The notes under the pieces were generated by a model. The model was not told the origin of the DNA. It made no database searches and was given only the letters and a program-made list of their open reading frames with translations. The position numbers and the translations under genes were made by a program. From an uncultured delta proteobacterium (GTDB lineage: Bacteria; Desulfobacterota; Binatia; UBA9968), in the NCBI GenBank assembly GCA_963816145.1, contig CAWFJP010000017.1:160001-224000 (forward strand): a stretch of DNA of 64,000 bases, written 5' to 3'. The first letter of the stretch is position 1, and the number at the start of each line of letters is the position of its first letter. This document shows positions 31,765 through 41,647 of this stretch, in pieces.

Positions 31765-34038
31765 TCAGGCTTTTTCCGAAGCGATTGTCGCTTCAAGGCA
31801 GCGCAAAAACTCGATGACCTCGGCGACGTTGCGAATGTTGAATTGCGCCTGGGTGCCGGCAATACCAACGCGGATGGTTACGGCTGATGCGGGCAGCGCT
31901 TTGAACATATCCTCGTCGGTAATATCGTCGCCGATGGCCAGAATGAAATCATGCGCGCGCTCGCCCAGCCAAACGCTGCTGGCGCTGCCTTTATCCACGC
32001 CGGCGCGGCGCACCTCGACGACTTTGTTGCCCTGAACGATTTGCAGATCCGTCTTCGCTGTCAGATTCAACAAATGGTCGACGAGCTCCGGAGCGCGTAG
32101 CTCAGCCTGCTCCGGATCGGCCATGCGATAGTGCCAGGCAATGGTTTCTTCCTTTTCTTCAACGAAGCTACCGGGCAAGCGGTCGGCGAAGGTTTCCAAG
32201 ACTCCGAGAATCTCGGGCTTCCACCCGCTCTGCGGTGCTTTGGCGCGTTGCCAATCTTGTCCCAACAACCGCAGCCACGCCCCATGCTCGGCGACAAACC
32301 CGAGCGGGATTTCGCCGAGCCACGCCTCCAGCGTGCGCCGGTCCCGGCCGCTGGTAATGACAACCTTATTCTTGCGATCCGACGCGAGCCGACGAAGCAG
32401 TGCGGACAACTCCCCGTCGGGTTTGGCCATCGACGGATCGCGCACCAGCGGCGTGAGCGTGCCGTCATAGTCCAAAAACAACAGGCGCGAGCGGCCGTTT
32501 CTATAGCGCTCCTGAATCTCCCGTTTTGCTGCGGCCGGCAAAAGCTTCGACTCGATGCGGCTCTGCACTTCTTTCATGCCGACAAGCGCGCCGAGAAAAT
32601 CGTCGGCCCAATGGCTTACGTCATAACGGCGCAGGCGCCGCTGCATCAGACGATTGCGCTTTTGTTGCTCCTCACTCGAAACTTCCAGCGCATCTTTCAA
32701 GGCTGCGGCAATCTCCGCCCGATTGTTAGGATTAACGATAATCGCTTCAGGCAACTCCTTGGCGGCGCCGGCCATTTCGCTTAGGATCAAGACGCCACTG
32801 CCGTCCGCGCGCGTCGCCAAGTACTCTTTCGCCACCAGGTTCATGCCGTCGCGCAGCGGCGTCACCAAACAGACGTCGCTCATCGAGTAGAGCGCGACCA
32901 GGGAGCTGAACGGCACATGGCGGTATTGATACACTACAGGCGTCCAACCCACCCGGCCGAACCGGCCGTTGATTTTACCGACCAGCTCTTCCAATTGCCG
33001 TTTCATCAAATCATATTGCATGACGCCGATGCGCGACGGCACCACCACCATCAACAACGCCACATTGCCGTGATATTTCGGGTTGGATTCTAAAAACAGT
33101 TCGTAACCCTCCAACCGGTTCGATATACCCTTGGAGTAATCGAGGCGATCCACCGACAAGATAAGTTTGATGCCCGGCAGTGTCTCTCTCAGCTGCTTCG
33201 CTTCACGCTCGGTCTCTGAGTCGGCCGCAGCGCCCGCGAACCTTTCGTAATCGATTCCCATCGGATAGGTTTCGACTTTGACAACATGGTCCGGCGCCGA
33301 GATCTGGCCGAGCCGATGTTCATGGCCCAAAATACGCAGCACCGACTGCAGAAAGTGGTGCGTGTACTCGTGAGTATGGAAACCGACCAAGTCAGCGCCC
33401 AGCAAACCTTCGAGGATTTCCCTGCGCCATTCACCCGGCAGCAAGCGAAACACTTCGAAGGACGGAAATGGAATATGCAAGAAAAAGCCGACGGGTTGCT
33501 GCGGGTGACGCGCTTTCAGCAATCGCGGCAGCAGCATCAAATGGTAGTCATGCACCCAAACCACGTCGTCGGGCTTGAGCACCGACTCTAAAGCGTCGGC
33601 GAAAAGTTGATTGATCTGCTTGTACTGCTCCCAAAAGTTTGGCCGATAAAGCGCGTAGGTCGGAAAATAATGAAACAACGGCCAGATCGTTGCGTTACAA
33701 AAGCCCAGATAGAATTGCTCCATCTGTTCCTCTGACAGGAACACCGGAAAGGATTGGAACCGGTCGAGCGCTTCCCGAATTAACTTCCCGCGCAATTCGG
33801 CCGCGATGCTGCTCCCCGGCCAGCCCACCCAAAGACAACTCGATGGCAGCGCCGTGAGTTGTTTACGCGACTCGCGGACCGAGGCTAATCCCGTCACCAA
33901 TCCGCCGGCGCTCGGACGGAACGAAAGTTTTTCGCCCTCGATGCTTACGTTGAAGGGCAAACGGTTGGACACGATGACCAACCGCCGCCCCGCCAAGTCT
34001 GCGCGGGACGGGCGGTTTTGAGCATCGGTGACCATCAC
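31765..34038 (-). CDS. Bifunctional trehalose-6-phosphate synthase/phosphatase (OtsA-OtsB fusion)
   Basis: VSNRLP, WVHDYHL, HIPFP, DRLDYSKG and RDGMNLVAKE (GT20), plus DYDGTL and GDD.TDEDMF (HAD). Confidence 0.95.
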   Translation of the reverse strand: MMVTDAQNRPSRADLAGRRLVIVSNRLPFNVSIEGEKLSFRPSAGGLVTGLASVRESRKQLTALPSSCLWVGWPGSSIAAELRGKLIREALDRFQSFPVFLSEEQMEQFYLGFCNATIWPLFHYFPTYALYRPNFWEQYKQINQLFADALESVLKPDDVVWVHDYHLMLLPRLLKARHPQQPVGFFLHIPFPSFEVFRLLPGEWRREILEGLLGADLVGFHTHEYTHHFLQSVLRILGHEHRLGQISAPDHVVKVETYPMGIDYERFAGAAADSETEREAKQLRETLPGIKLILSVDRLDYSKGISNRLEGYELFLESNPKYHGNVALLMVVVPSRIGVMQYDLMKRQLEELVGKINGRFGRVGWTPVVYQYRHVPFSSLVALYSMSDVCLVTPLRDGMNLVAKEYLATRADGSGVLILSEMAGAAKELPEAIIVNPNNRAEIAAALKDALEVSSEEQQKRNRLMQRRLRRYDVSHWADDFLGALVGMKEVQSRIESKLLPAAAKREIQERYRNGRSRLLFLDYDGTLTPLVRDPSMAKPDGELSALLRRLASDRKNKVVITSGRDRRTLEAWLGEIPLGFVAEHGAWLRLLGQDWQRAKAPQSGWKPEILGVLETFADRLPGSFVEEKEETIAWHYRMADPEQAELRAPELVDHLLNLTAKTDLQIVQGNKVVEVRRAGVDKGSASSVWLGERAHDFILAIGDDITDEDMFKALPASAVTIRVGIAGTQAQFNIRNVAEVIEFLRCLEATIASEKA

Positions 34039-35252
34039 AGGTAAACAACTTCTCCTTCCTCGAACAGCGACAGGAAGAGCAGCATGTAGTCTTTGATATG
34101 CCGGGTCAGCAAGAAATTATTGCGGACATGCTCTCGGCCGTTGATGCCGAGCCGGCGCGCATATTCGGGGGCACCGATCAACTGTTTGATCCACTGTGCC
34201 GTCCCCTCAACCGATCGCGTCAGAATACCGGAATACTTGTGCGCGATTTGCAGCGGGATCCCGCCGACCGCGCCGGCGATGGTAGGTTTACCCTTCCACA
34301 GCGCTTCGCTGACCGTCAAACCAAAGCCTTCTTTCAAAGATTTCTGCAAAATGATCGTCGAGCCCCGCTGCAGCGCGTTGATTTCGATATCGCTGGCGGG
34401 GGGGAGAAACAGCACGAAAACATCTTTGTCCTTGTCCGCCTCCTGCCGGACCTGCTCCATGATGATCGGACCTTCGGGATCGTCAGTCGCACCGCCACCG
34501 GCCAGCACGAGCTGCATATCGGTGTGCTCTTTGGCGAGCTTGTAGGCCTTGATCACCCCGATTGGATCTTTCAGATAGTCGAAACGAGAGATCTGCGTCA
34601 CCACCGGCCGCGAACGATCGATGCCAAAACGCGCAAACACAGAATCAATGGTTTTCTCATCCAACTCCTTGTTCTTGTCGCTCAACGGATCGATGGACGG
34701 TGCGATCAACACTTGGGGAATCGGCAATTGCTGCGAGAACGCCGGCGCGGAAAACACGGCGCTTTGATAGCGCAGAATAAACTGCCGCAAAAACTCCCAG
34801 ATCGGCGGATCGGGACGGGAAAAATCGATATGGCAGCGCCACACCCACTTATTGCCCAAGCTATCTCGGCGTTCGACCAACGCCACGGGTTGAGGGTCGT
34901 GAACGAACACAACGTCGCTGAACTGGAATTGTGCCGCGTTGTCGCGGTTCACTTCGAGAAAGTGCGCGTATTCGTCCGGCGCAACTTCTACCGGCACACC
35001 ATGAAGTCCATTATGAAATTTCTTGGTCGTAGCAAAAAACTTCTCATCGCCTTTAATCACATCCCATTTGGCGTCGACGCCCAACTGATTGAGCAACGGA
35101 ATCATGCGCGACAGAATCTCCGCCACGCCGCCGCCAACGGCGGTGGAGTTGATGTTTTGGATGGTCTTGCCGCGCAGCCGGTCAGCCAGCAGGTGGAGAT
35201 CCTCCACAGTGGCTTCACCGACAATCGGAATGTAATCTTCAATACGATTCAT
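34035..35252 (-). CDS. treT: Trehalose glycosyltransferring synthase (TreT-like, GT4)
   Basis: NST..GGGVAEIL, HDPQP, WRCHID, PSIDPL, SRFD.LKDP, EGFGLTVSEA. Confidence 0.88.
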   Translation of the reverse strand: MNRIEDYIPIVGEATVEDLHLLADRLRGKTIQNINSTAVGGGVAEILSRMIPLLNQLGVDAKWDVIKGDEKFFATTKKFHNGLHGVPVEVAPDEYAHFLEVNRDNAAQFQFSDVVFVHDPQPVALVERRDSLGNKWVWRCHIDFSRPDPPIWEFLRQFILRYQSAVFSAPAFSQQLPIPQVLIAPSIDPLSDKNKELDEKTIDSVFARFGIDRSRPVVTQISRFDYLKDPIGVIKAYKLAKEHTDMQLVLAGGGATDDPEGPIIMEQVRQEADKDKDVFVLFLPPASDIEINALQRGSTIILQKSLKEGFGLTVSEALWKGKPTIAGAVGGIPLQIAHKYSGILTRSVEGTAQWIKQLIGAPEYARRLGINGREHVRNNFLLTRHIKDYMLLFLSLFEEGEVVYL

Positions 35253-35880
35253 GTTGTTTCACCAACGCGACGATACGCTGCCGCAAGCCGTCCAGGGTAT
35301 AAGAGTAGGGGTCGAGCCGCTTGATTTGATCGGCGAGATTTGCCTTTCCCTGGTCGCGCAACCAACGGGAAAAATCGTTCTCGCCGGTTTTCAGCCGTAG
35401 CTTGGCGTCGAACATATGAAAGTAAATACTGCCAATGCTCACCTTGGCAATCTGTTCCGCAAATTCCGATAGATTGTGCGCCACATGCGCCGTTGGTAAA
35501 ACGAAAATCCGGCTGGCCATGAAGTGAAACTCCTCTCCCTCGTGGCATTCGTTGGCACGCCGCCGAGCGTCCGGATACTGTTCGAGGATCGCAATCAGCT
35601 TTTCGCGCAACCCGCTGACGTTGTGAAAACGCACCGTGTCCACGCTCCATAGCCGCTCGCCAAGGACGTCGTCACCGAGAACGTTGGTAACCCAATAAGC
35701 AAAATCGTTGGGCGGTTCCGGCGAGAGGAAATGATGCTGATTCAAGAACCGATGGGTATGATAGTAAATCGACCCATCGGGTACCGAACGGATACCGGTT
35801 AAGAGTTCGTCGATAGAGTGCGCCCGCAGACCCAAAAGCAAGGTTTGGTCGAGCTTGGTATAAAAGTGGAAATCTTGCAT
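35239..35880 (-). CDS. DUF5752-like protein with two internal repeats
   Basis: Repeated A..I.EL...I..V...SIY(Y/F)H...NDF..W; overlaps the treT start. Confidence 0.75.
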   Translation of the reverse strand: MQDFHFYTKLDQTLLLGLRAHSIDELLTGIRSVPDGSIYYHTHRFLNQHHFLSPEPPNDFAYWVTNVLGDDVLGERLWSVDTVRFHNVSGLREKLIAILEQYPDARRRANECHEGEEFHFMASRIFVLPTAHVAHNLSEFAEQIAKVSIGSIYFHMFDAKLRLKTGENDFSRWLRDQGKANLADQIKRLDPYSYTLDGLRQRIVALVKQHESY

Positions 35881-36025
35881 AAGCAACCCCCGCCCGTGAA
35901 AGGACCGACCCTCCACACCCTCTGCCAAAGCTACCTTTGCACAGTATTACGCCGTCGAAGTCGAGTCCAGCGCGGCGACGGTCGTGGTTCACTTTGAATT
36001 TAGCCCGTCGGCACGGATCGAAATG

Positions 36026-36091
36026 GATTTCTCGCTTCGCTAGAAATGACAGATTCGGATCGCTACATCCCGAACGAAGATGAGGGATCTC
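36026..36091. repeat. Paired REP-like palindromes
   Basis: GATTTCTCGCTTCGCTAGAAATGACA and CATCCCGAACGAAGATGAGGGATCTC: two degenerate hairpins in inverted arrangement. Confidence 0.5.
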
Positions 36092-36151
36092 ACCAAACTA
36101 AACTTCTGTCGTAGCGACTCACTAAGACTGTTATCGTGCGTTCGCGGGCGG

Positions 36152-36751
36152 TCAGAATGTCCCTTTGACGCCGCCCGATCTTACGAAGCGGTCGCGGCGA
36201 TTCTTTTGCCAGCAGCTTTCCGTCGCGTCCCGGCACACCGGAATTTCTTCGCCGTAGCTAACCGTAGACAACCGGTTCTCGGCCACTCCTAAAGACGCTA
36301 GGTAATCTTTGGCGGCTTGCGCCCGCTTCGCTCCCAGAGCCAAGTTGTATTCGTTCGTGCCACGTTCATCGCAGTGCCCCTCGATTTGCGCGCGCGCCGA
36401 TGGATTCTTCTTTAACCATTCTGCGCTGGCACGCAAAGTAGCACGGTCGTCGTTGTCGAGATTGTACTGGTCGAAGTCGAAATAAACCTCTTTCATCGAG
36501 CTATCGGGTAGCGTGTTCGCAGCCTCGCCGCCGCGCAACGCGTCCAAGCTCGAGCGATCTTGGCCGCCTGGCAAATTCTTGTCGCTTAGAGCTTGCGATT
36601 TCGGAGCGCCCGCGCCCGCTTGCGCCGCGGACGACGGCGCTGGCCGGACTGCCGTGGTGCTTTTGCCTTGATCGGAGCTTGCACAAGCCGACAGCGCCAG
36701 GACCGCCGTGAACAGCGATCCGTAAATAGCCTGGTTTAAATGTTGTCCCAT
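36152..36751 (-). CDS. pal: Peptidoglycan-associated lipoprotein (OmpA domain)
   Basis: LSAC lipobox, VYFDFD, IEGHCDERGTNEYNLALG..RA, SYGEE, NRR. Confidence 0.92.
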   Translation of the reverse strand: MGQHLNQAIYGSLFTAVLALSACASSDQGKSTTAVRPAPSSAAQAGAGAPKSQALSDKNLPGGQDRSSLDALRGGEAANTLPDSSMKEVYFDFDQYNLDNDDRATLRASAEWLKKNPSARAQIEGHCDERGTNEYNLALGAKRAQAAKDYLASLGVAENRLSTVSYGEEIPVCRDATESCWQKNRRDRFVRSGGVKGTF

Positions 36752-36887
36752 CTCCAATACCTCCTTCTTCTTTTTTGAATTGATTCGAGTCGGTACTTGC
36801 CATCGCCCTTTTAATAGCGCGTTATAACACCGCGAGCGTTCGCCCAAACACGTTGACGCAAAGCGGCTGGTAAAGAAAGGTCTCGTA

Positions 36888-37709
36888 TCAACCGTAACTG
36901 AGCTCCGTGCTGGAAATGCTGACAAAGTTCACCGTCACGGCTTCGACACCAGGAATCATAGCTACGCTGCGCTGTACGTCTTCATCCGAAACCGCAGGCG
37001 AGACAATGCCCGACAGTCTTACCACTCCATACTTCACATCGACCTGAATATTCGCGTTGCGCAGGCCTGGATAAGTTAGCAAATGCGCTTGAATCTTAGC
37101 CGACAAAGCCAGATCGGTAATACGTTGCCGGGACTCGGCGGTGGCCTGATAGTCGCTCAGTTTCGCCGCTTGGGCGATCGTCTGCTGCGCCGAGGCGGCG
37201 CTCATTTGCGCCAGGTTCAATATCAGCGCGTATTGTCCTGGGTCGCGCCAGTCGGCGCCGAACAAGGCCATCAGCCGGCGCGCGCGCGCTTTTTCCACAT
37301 GCTCGATGTAATGGCGCGCGGCTTTCGCGTCGAGTCCCTGGCGCTCGCGTACTTGCGCGATGCGATAGTCCATTGGCGCCGTCAGCAAGACTCGCAGCAC
37401 ATGGCGAATCCCCGGCAGCAAACCATGGCCGACGTGGCCGTGGTAGACGATATCTTCCGCTAGCGCGGCCTCGGTCATCGCCGCCTGGAGCGCGATCTGA
37501 TAAGGCCGCAGATTTTCTTGCCAGCGCGCCCACCAGTGCGGCTCTTTTTCCAAGATATCGCTGAGTTTCGCTTCGGGAACCTCGCAGCGTTTGCTCGCCG
37601 CCAGCAAGATTTCGCGGCCGGCGAACGGGTATTCTAACGCGCACGCGACGCCGCGCGCGATCTGTTCGTCGTCGCCAAATGTGCCACCGAAGATAGTTAT
37701 GACCGGCAT
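36888..37709 (-). CDS. Cytidylate-kinase-like family protein with a C-terminal BON domain
   Basis: MPVITI, VY.G..G, V.L.AP...RI, F..DW.DP..Y.L.LN; C-terminal V.V..GVV.LSG...IPGV..V. Confidence 0.8.
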   Translation of the reverse strand: MPVITIFGGTFGDDEQIARGVACALEYPFAGREILLAASKRCEVPEAKLSDILEKEPHWWARWQENLRPYQIALQAAMTEAALAEDIVYHGHVGHGLLPGIRHVLRVLLTAPMDYRIAQVRERQGLDAKAARHYIEHVEKARARRLMALFGADWRDPGQYALILNLAQMSAASAQQTIAQAAKLSDYQATAESRQRITDLALSAKIQAHLLTYPGLRNANIQVDVKYGVVRLSGIVSPAVSDEDVQRSVAMIPGVEAVTVNFVSISSTELSYG

Positions 37710-37758
37710 GGAAACGAACCTCCTTGGCCTTTTACCGCCGCAGCAGACTTTCAGCGAC

Positions 37759-38200
37759 CTAGCGTTCCGGTAGAAGGCCGGCACCGATGATCTGTTTAAA
37801 GATCGCAGCAATTTCAGGATCCCGGGGAATCTCTTGAATTACTTTCTCGTGCGCTTCAGGTACAAGCGGTGTCGCGTCTTCGCCAGCAAGCTTTCTATTC
37901 GCTTTGTGAAACTCCAGGTCCTCAGAGGTCTTGCGGAAACCTTGGCGGAGCATCTCGGCGCGCCCCTTGGGCATGCCCGGCGGAGCGATAAACGGCTGCC
38001 CAGTACGCTGGCAAACGCGCTGCATCGTCATCACCTTGCGTTCTTCACCCGAAGTGGCGAGACTCTCGAGCTCCGGCACATGGGTGAAACGGGGATGCCG
38101 GTCCCTCTTGAGAACGCCGATGGTCGCGTGAAAATCAACAAGTTCGTCTGCGAGCCACTTCCGATTGCGTCGAAACTCACTATCCGCACTGCTATTTCCG
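37759..38200 (-). pseudogene. Degraded TctC fragment (C-terminal part only, frameshifted)
   Basis: PELE...G.PFIAPPG.P..R..MLR..F.K...D.EF...P.DPE...IFK; no N-terminus; frame breaks upstream. Confidence 0.7.
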
Positions 38201-38242
38201 CTACCTTCATGCCCTCACACCACGAGCCCACGAACAGTTGAA

Positions 38243-39283
38243 CTATTTGCCAAGCAATTGCTTCATCTTCGCGACGATCTCCGGAGGTTGGCTCATTACC
38301 TCGTTGGCTAGTGTTTCCAATTCCTGGGCCGAGGTTGGATCGAATTCTAGTTTTCTCTTCTTGCCTACCGCTATCACCGATTCGTCGGCCAAAACTTTTT
38401 CAAACGCTTCTCGAATAATTTTCACGCGGTCGGCCGGAGTTTTTGGCGGAAGGACATAGGGCCGGCCAAACTGGCCGCCAGCCAATACCAAGGTTGTCAG
38501 ACTTCGGCCGGCGCTTGAGGTTTTGAATTGATCCATAAGCTCATAGATGGTTGGAGTGTCCGGCAGCCGGGCATCGCGCTTGTGCCCGGTCTGCACCAAA
38601 ACGCGGACAAAGTTATTCTTGCGCCAGCTTATGAACGGTTCGCGGGCAAAGAAAGCTGTAACGGTAAATGCGCGGCACGCCAACTCGCCTCTTTCGACCG
38701 CGAGGTCGATGTCCTGTCCCGCCTGGTAACCTAGGACGACATCGAACTTGGTTCCGACCACCTCATCTAATAGCTTCGGCACATAGTAGCCAGTTGAACT
38801 AGTGCCGCTAGCGCCGCATTTCGGCGGCGTCGAGGTTTTCATCACATCGTCGATGGTCTTATACGGGGTATCCGCGCGCATATAGAGCAAATGATTCGAA
38901 GTGACGGGGCTGCCGATCCAGATAAACTTGGCCCAATCATATTGAACTTCCTTTCGGCCGACGATTTGATCGAAATAGAGGGCGGGAAAAATTGCCCCTA
39001 TAGTCAACCCGTCGGGTGACGAAACGGAATAGAGATGGTTGGCGGCGATCATCGATCCAGCGCCGGGCATGTTTTGGACGATGATATTGGGATTGCCGGG
39101 GATGTATTTGGGCAGATGCTCTGCGAACAGACGTGCATATGTATCATAGACATCTCCCGCTTTGGTACCGGCGATAATCGTTATGGTTTTGCCGGCGTAA
39201 AAAGGCGCCTGCGCCATCGCCCTCGGCATCCACAGCGCTATTACGAGCGTCGTTAAAACTACGCTGGTCAATTGTTTAATCAT
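38243..39283 (-). CDS. Bug/TctC-family substrate-binding protein
   Basis: FYAGKTI, NMPGAG, PDGLT, DLAVERGE, FGRPY. Confidence 0.88.
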   Translation of the reverse strand: MIKQLTSVVLTTLVIALWMPRAMAQAPFYAGKTITIIAGTKAGDVYDTYARLFAEHLPKYIPGNPNIIVQNMPGAGSMIAANHLYSVSSPDGLTIGAIFPALYFDQIVGRKEVQYDWAKFIWIGSPVTSNHLLYMRADTPYKTIDDVMKTSTPPKCGASGTSSTGYYVPKLLDEVVGTKFDVVLGYQAGQDIDLAVERGELACRAFTVTAFFAREPFISWRKNNFVRVLVQTGHKRDARLPDTPTIYELMDQFKTSSAGRSLTTLVLAGGQFGRPYVLPPKTPADRVKIIREAFEKVLADESVIAVGKKRKLEFDPTSAQELETLANEVMSQPPEIVAKMKQLLGK

Positions 39284-39316
39284 AAATGACTCCCCTTGTT
39301 GATATCGGTTGCGCCG

Positions 39317-40360
39317 CTATTTTCTGCCAAGCAGCTTTTTCACCCGCGCGACAACGCCGGGCGGTTGGCTGACCATCCTCTCCGCCAGTTTTTGCAGATC
39401 TTCGCCGGAAACGAATTCAACTTCGAACTTTGCCTTCTTGGCCTCGTCCAGAAGCGCGGTGTCGGCCATCGCTTTGGCGTAGGCGTCACGCATCTCCTTG
39501 ACTCGCTCTTTCGGCGTTTCCGGCGGCATCACCCACGGCCGGCCGAAATCTCCGCCGCGCAAAATCACGTCGGCAACCCGCCGAGTTTCGTCCGGGATCT
39601 TCTCCTTGTCGAATATTTCGTAAATCGTCGGCGTGTCGGGAATCCGCGGGTCGCGCTTGACGCCGCCGTAAATCAGCACGTTCACGAAATTTTTTTTTCG
39701 CCAGGAGATAAATGGTTCACGTCCGAAAAACGGTGCGGCGGTCAGTCCGCGGCATTGGACCTCGTCTTTTTCCACCGCGAGATCGATCTCACTTCCCCCC
39801 GGATAGCCCAGCACCGTGTCGATTTTCGCGCCGAGCGTTTCTTCGAGCAGACGGGCTAAAATATAGTCGGTGCCCGCGGTCCCGGTGGAGCCGCATTTAG
39901 GGGGCGCGCTTGCGTTGCGGATATCCTCGATGGTTTTGAAGGGCGCGTCGGCGCGCATGTACATGAGCACCTCGCTCTTCTCCGGCGAGCCGATCCAGTT
40001 GAGCTTGCGCACGTCATATTGCACTTCCTTGCGGCCCACGAGTTGGTCCAAATACAAACCGTAGGAAAGCATCGCAACGGACAACCCATCGGGTTTCGCC
40101 ACGCCGTAGATGTTATTCGCGGCGATCATGCCCCCCGCTCCAGGCATGTTTTGCACGACCATCTCCGGATGGCCCGGCAAATATTTGGGCACATAGCGCG
40201 CTAGCAATCGCGACCAGCGGTCATAAAAACCGCCGGAGGTGAAGCCGACGATGATTTTAATCGTTTTCCCTTCATAGATTGCGTCCGCCGCATTGAGCCG
40301 TTGCGGCCCCGCGATAACTAGAATCGTCCCTAACAGCAGCGCCGAAAATGCAGAATTCAT
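39317..40360 (-). CDS. Bug/TctC-family substrate-binding protein
   Basis: YEGKTI..IVG...GG.YD, NMPGAGG, KPDGL, GYPG, FGRP. Confidence 0.88.
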   Translation of the reverse strand: MNSAFSALLLGTILVIAGPQRLNAADAIYEGKTIKIIVGFTSGGFYDRWSRLLARYVPKYLPGHPEMVVQNMPGAGGMIAANNIYGVAKPDGLSVAMLSYGLYLDQLVGRKEVQYDVRKLNWIGSPEKSEVLMYMRADAPFKTIEDIRNASAPPKCGSTGTAGTDYILARLLEETLGAKIDTVLGYPGGSEIDLAVEKDEVQCRGLTAAPFFGREPFISWRKKNFVNVLIYGGVKRDPRIPDTPTIYEIFDKEKIPDETRRVADVILRGGDFGRPWVMPPETPKERVKEMRDAYAKAMADTALLDEAKKAKFEVEFVSGEDLQKLAERMVSQPPGVVARVKKLLGRK

Positions 40361-40565
40361 ATCGTGCTCCTTCTCTCTGACCAATTCCCATTTTCGCAAT
40401 TTTCCAAGTTCCTCGTGTAGCTGAAAGACCCTCGAGATTCAGCGCGCGGGCAAGTGTCTTTGCAGCTCCCGGCTCGACATGATCTCGCTTCCTGGGATAC
40501 GAGGATCGCGCATCTCGCGACGCAATCATTTTGAGCTTTTCTCATGGGAACGCTTGGTACTTGGC

Positions 40566-40835
40566 TCACCTCTTTGAGTGCGCGGAACTTTGACGAACCT
40601 TTCCACCGCGGAACAAGTTGACATCCAGGAATGGGTATTTGGCGTGAAAACGATCAGCGACCTTTTTGCTTTGGCTCAATGTCATGGTCGTGTAATAAGA
40701 CACCGTACCCTCGCTTTTTGCCGCCTCGATGAGTTTTCCGTTAGCGCCCGCTTCGCAGGGAGAATTGAAGGCTGAGCCAAAAGGAACCACGATCGCAAGC
40801 AAAACCACCCATGCTGATTGGACTGTGCGTTCCAT
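40566..40835 (-). pseudogene. Truncated AfuA-like SBP (N-terminal ~80 aa only)
   Basis: Signal peptide plus LIEAAKSEG.V.YYTTM...F..KYP..., the same motif as the start of 27410..28414, then an abrupt end. Confidence 0.7.
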
Positions 40836-40866
40836 GACTGATTCCCCTTTTCTAACTAGGGCGAGG

Positions 40867-41150
40867 TCAATTCCGGCTTGTCTGCGCGCGCCCATATAAA
40901 TTGTCGATAAAACCGCTGCGTTTGAGATTGTTGGTAAAACGTAAATCGACAAAATCCTCCGCTCTCGTTTTCGCTGCTTTGGCATCCCACACGGTTTGGA
41001 CGGCTAGTGTCTCGCTTAAACCTGCGATCGACGGCGCTGTGTCTTCTTCCAGGAGATCGTTGTATGCATTCCAAGAACCTTCGAGAACGCTGGGTTTGCC
41101 ACCGCGCGTATATTTGGCCATGATCCCTTTCGGTTACGCCGCTGATGGGT
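40867..41150 (-). pseudogene. C-terminal remnant of an NMT1/SsuA-like SBP
   Basis: IMAKYTR...PS..G...AEDFVDLRF..NL..SGFID.LY; the upstream part is missing. Confidence 0.7.
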
Positions 41151-41170
41151 TCGCGCAACAAATCAGCTAG

Positions 41171-41614
41171 TCAAAAGAAGTGTTTTAGAGGTTCTTGGCG
41201 TAATCGCTTCTGCAACTCGCGCCGTGTCATGATTTCGCTTCCTTCAATCGGATGGTTCATCAGTTGGCGGACAAAACGATCGGTTGACTGAGCGCCCTGC
41301 CGCAAAACGATAATGATCTTGATTACGGGGCACAGGTCTTTGAGACTAAGAATGGTTTCGGCGATGCTTAGAGTCGAACCCCGTGACAGAATCACCGCGC
41401 CTTCGAGTGCGTGATGGCGAACGCAGTCTAACGCTGACCGGCGATTTGCGGCACACACGACCTCATAACCGGCGGCGCGAAAACGTCGCTCTTGAACGTT
41501 ATTACGATCCACGCCAATCAGCATGATCTTTCCACGCTGGATGGGGGCGGTCGTAAGAGAATTCAGCGAGATTTGTTCGATCGGCGCTCCCCAGGGGTTG
41601 GGTTTGATCGCCAT
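41171..41614 (-). CDS. Degenerate receiver-like (CheY-fold) protein
   Basis: AGYEV..A.....AL and L...P...III spacing resembles a receiver, but there is no phospho-acceptor Asp; GGAG SD. Confidence 0.5.
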   Translation of the reverse strand: MAIKPNPWGAPIEQISLNSLTTAPIQRGKIMLIGVDRNNVQERRFRAAGYEVVCAANRRSALDCVRHHALEGAVILSRGSTLSIAETILSLKDLCPVIKIIIVLRQGAQSTDRFVRQLMNHPIEGSEIMTRRELQKRLRQEPLKHFF

Positions 41615-41647
41615 ACTTTCTCCGTGTTAGCGCCGCTTCAGCACCCG

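Noticed and set aside
34098-35324. 408-aa plus-strand ORF
   Set aside because: Antisense shadow of the well-supported treT gene, with no recognisable motifs; such shadows are common in GC-rich coding DNA.
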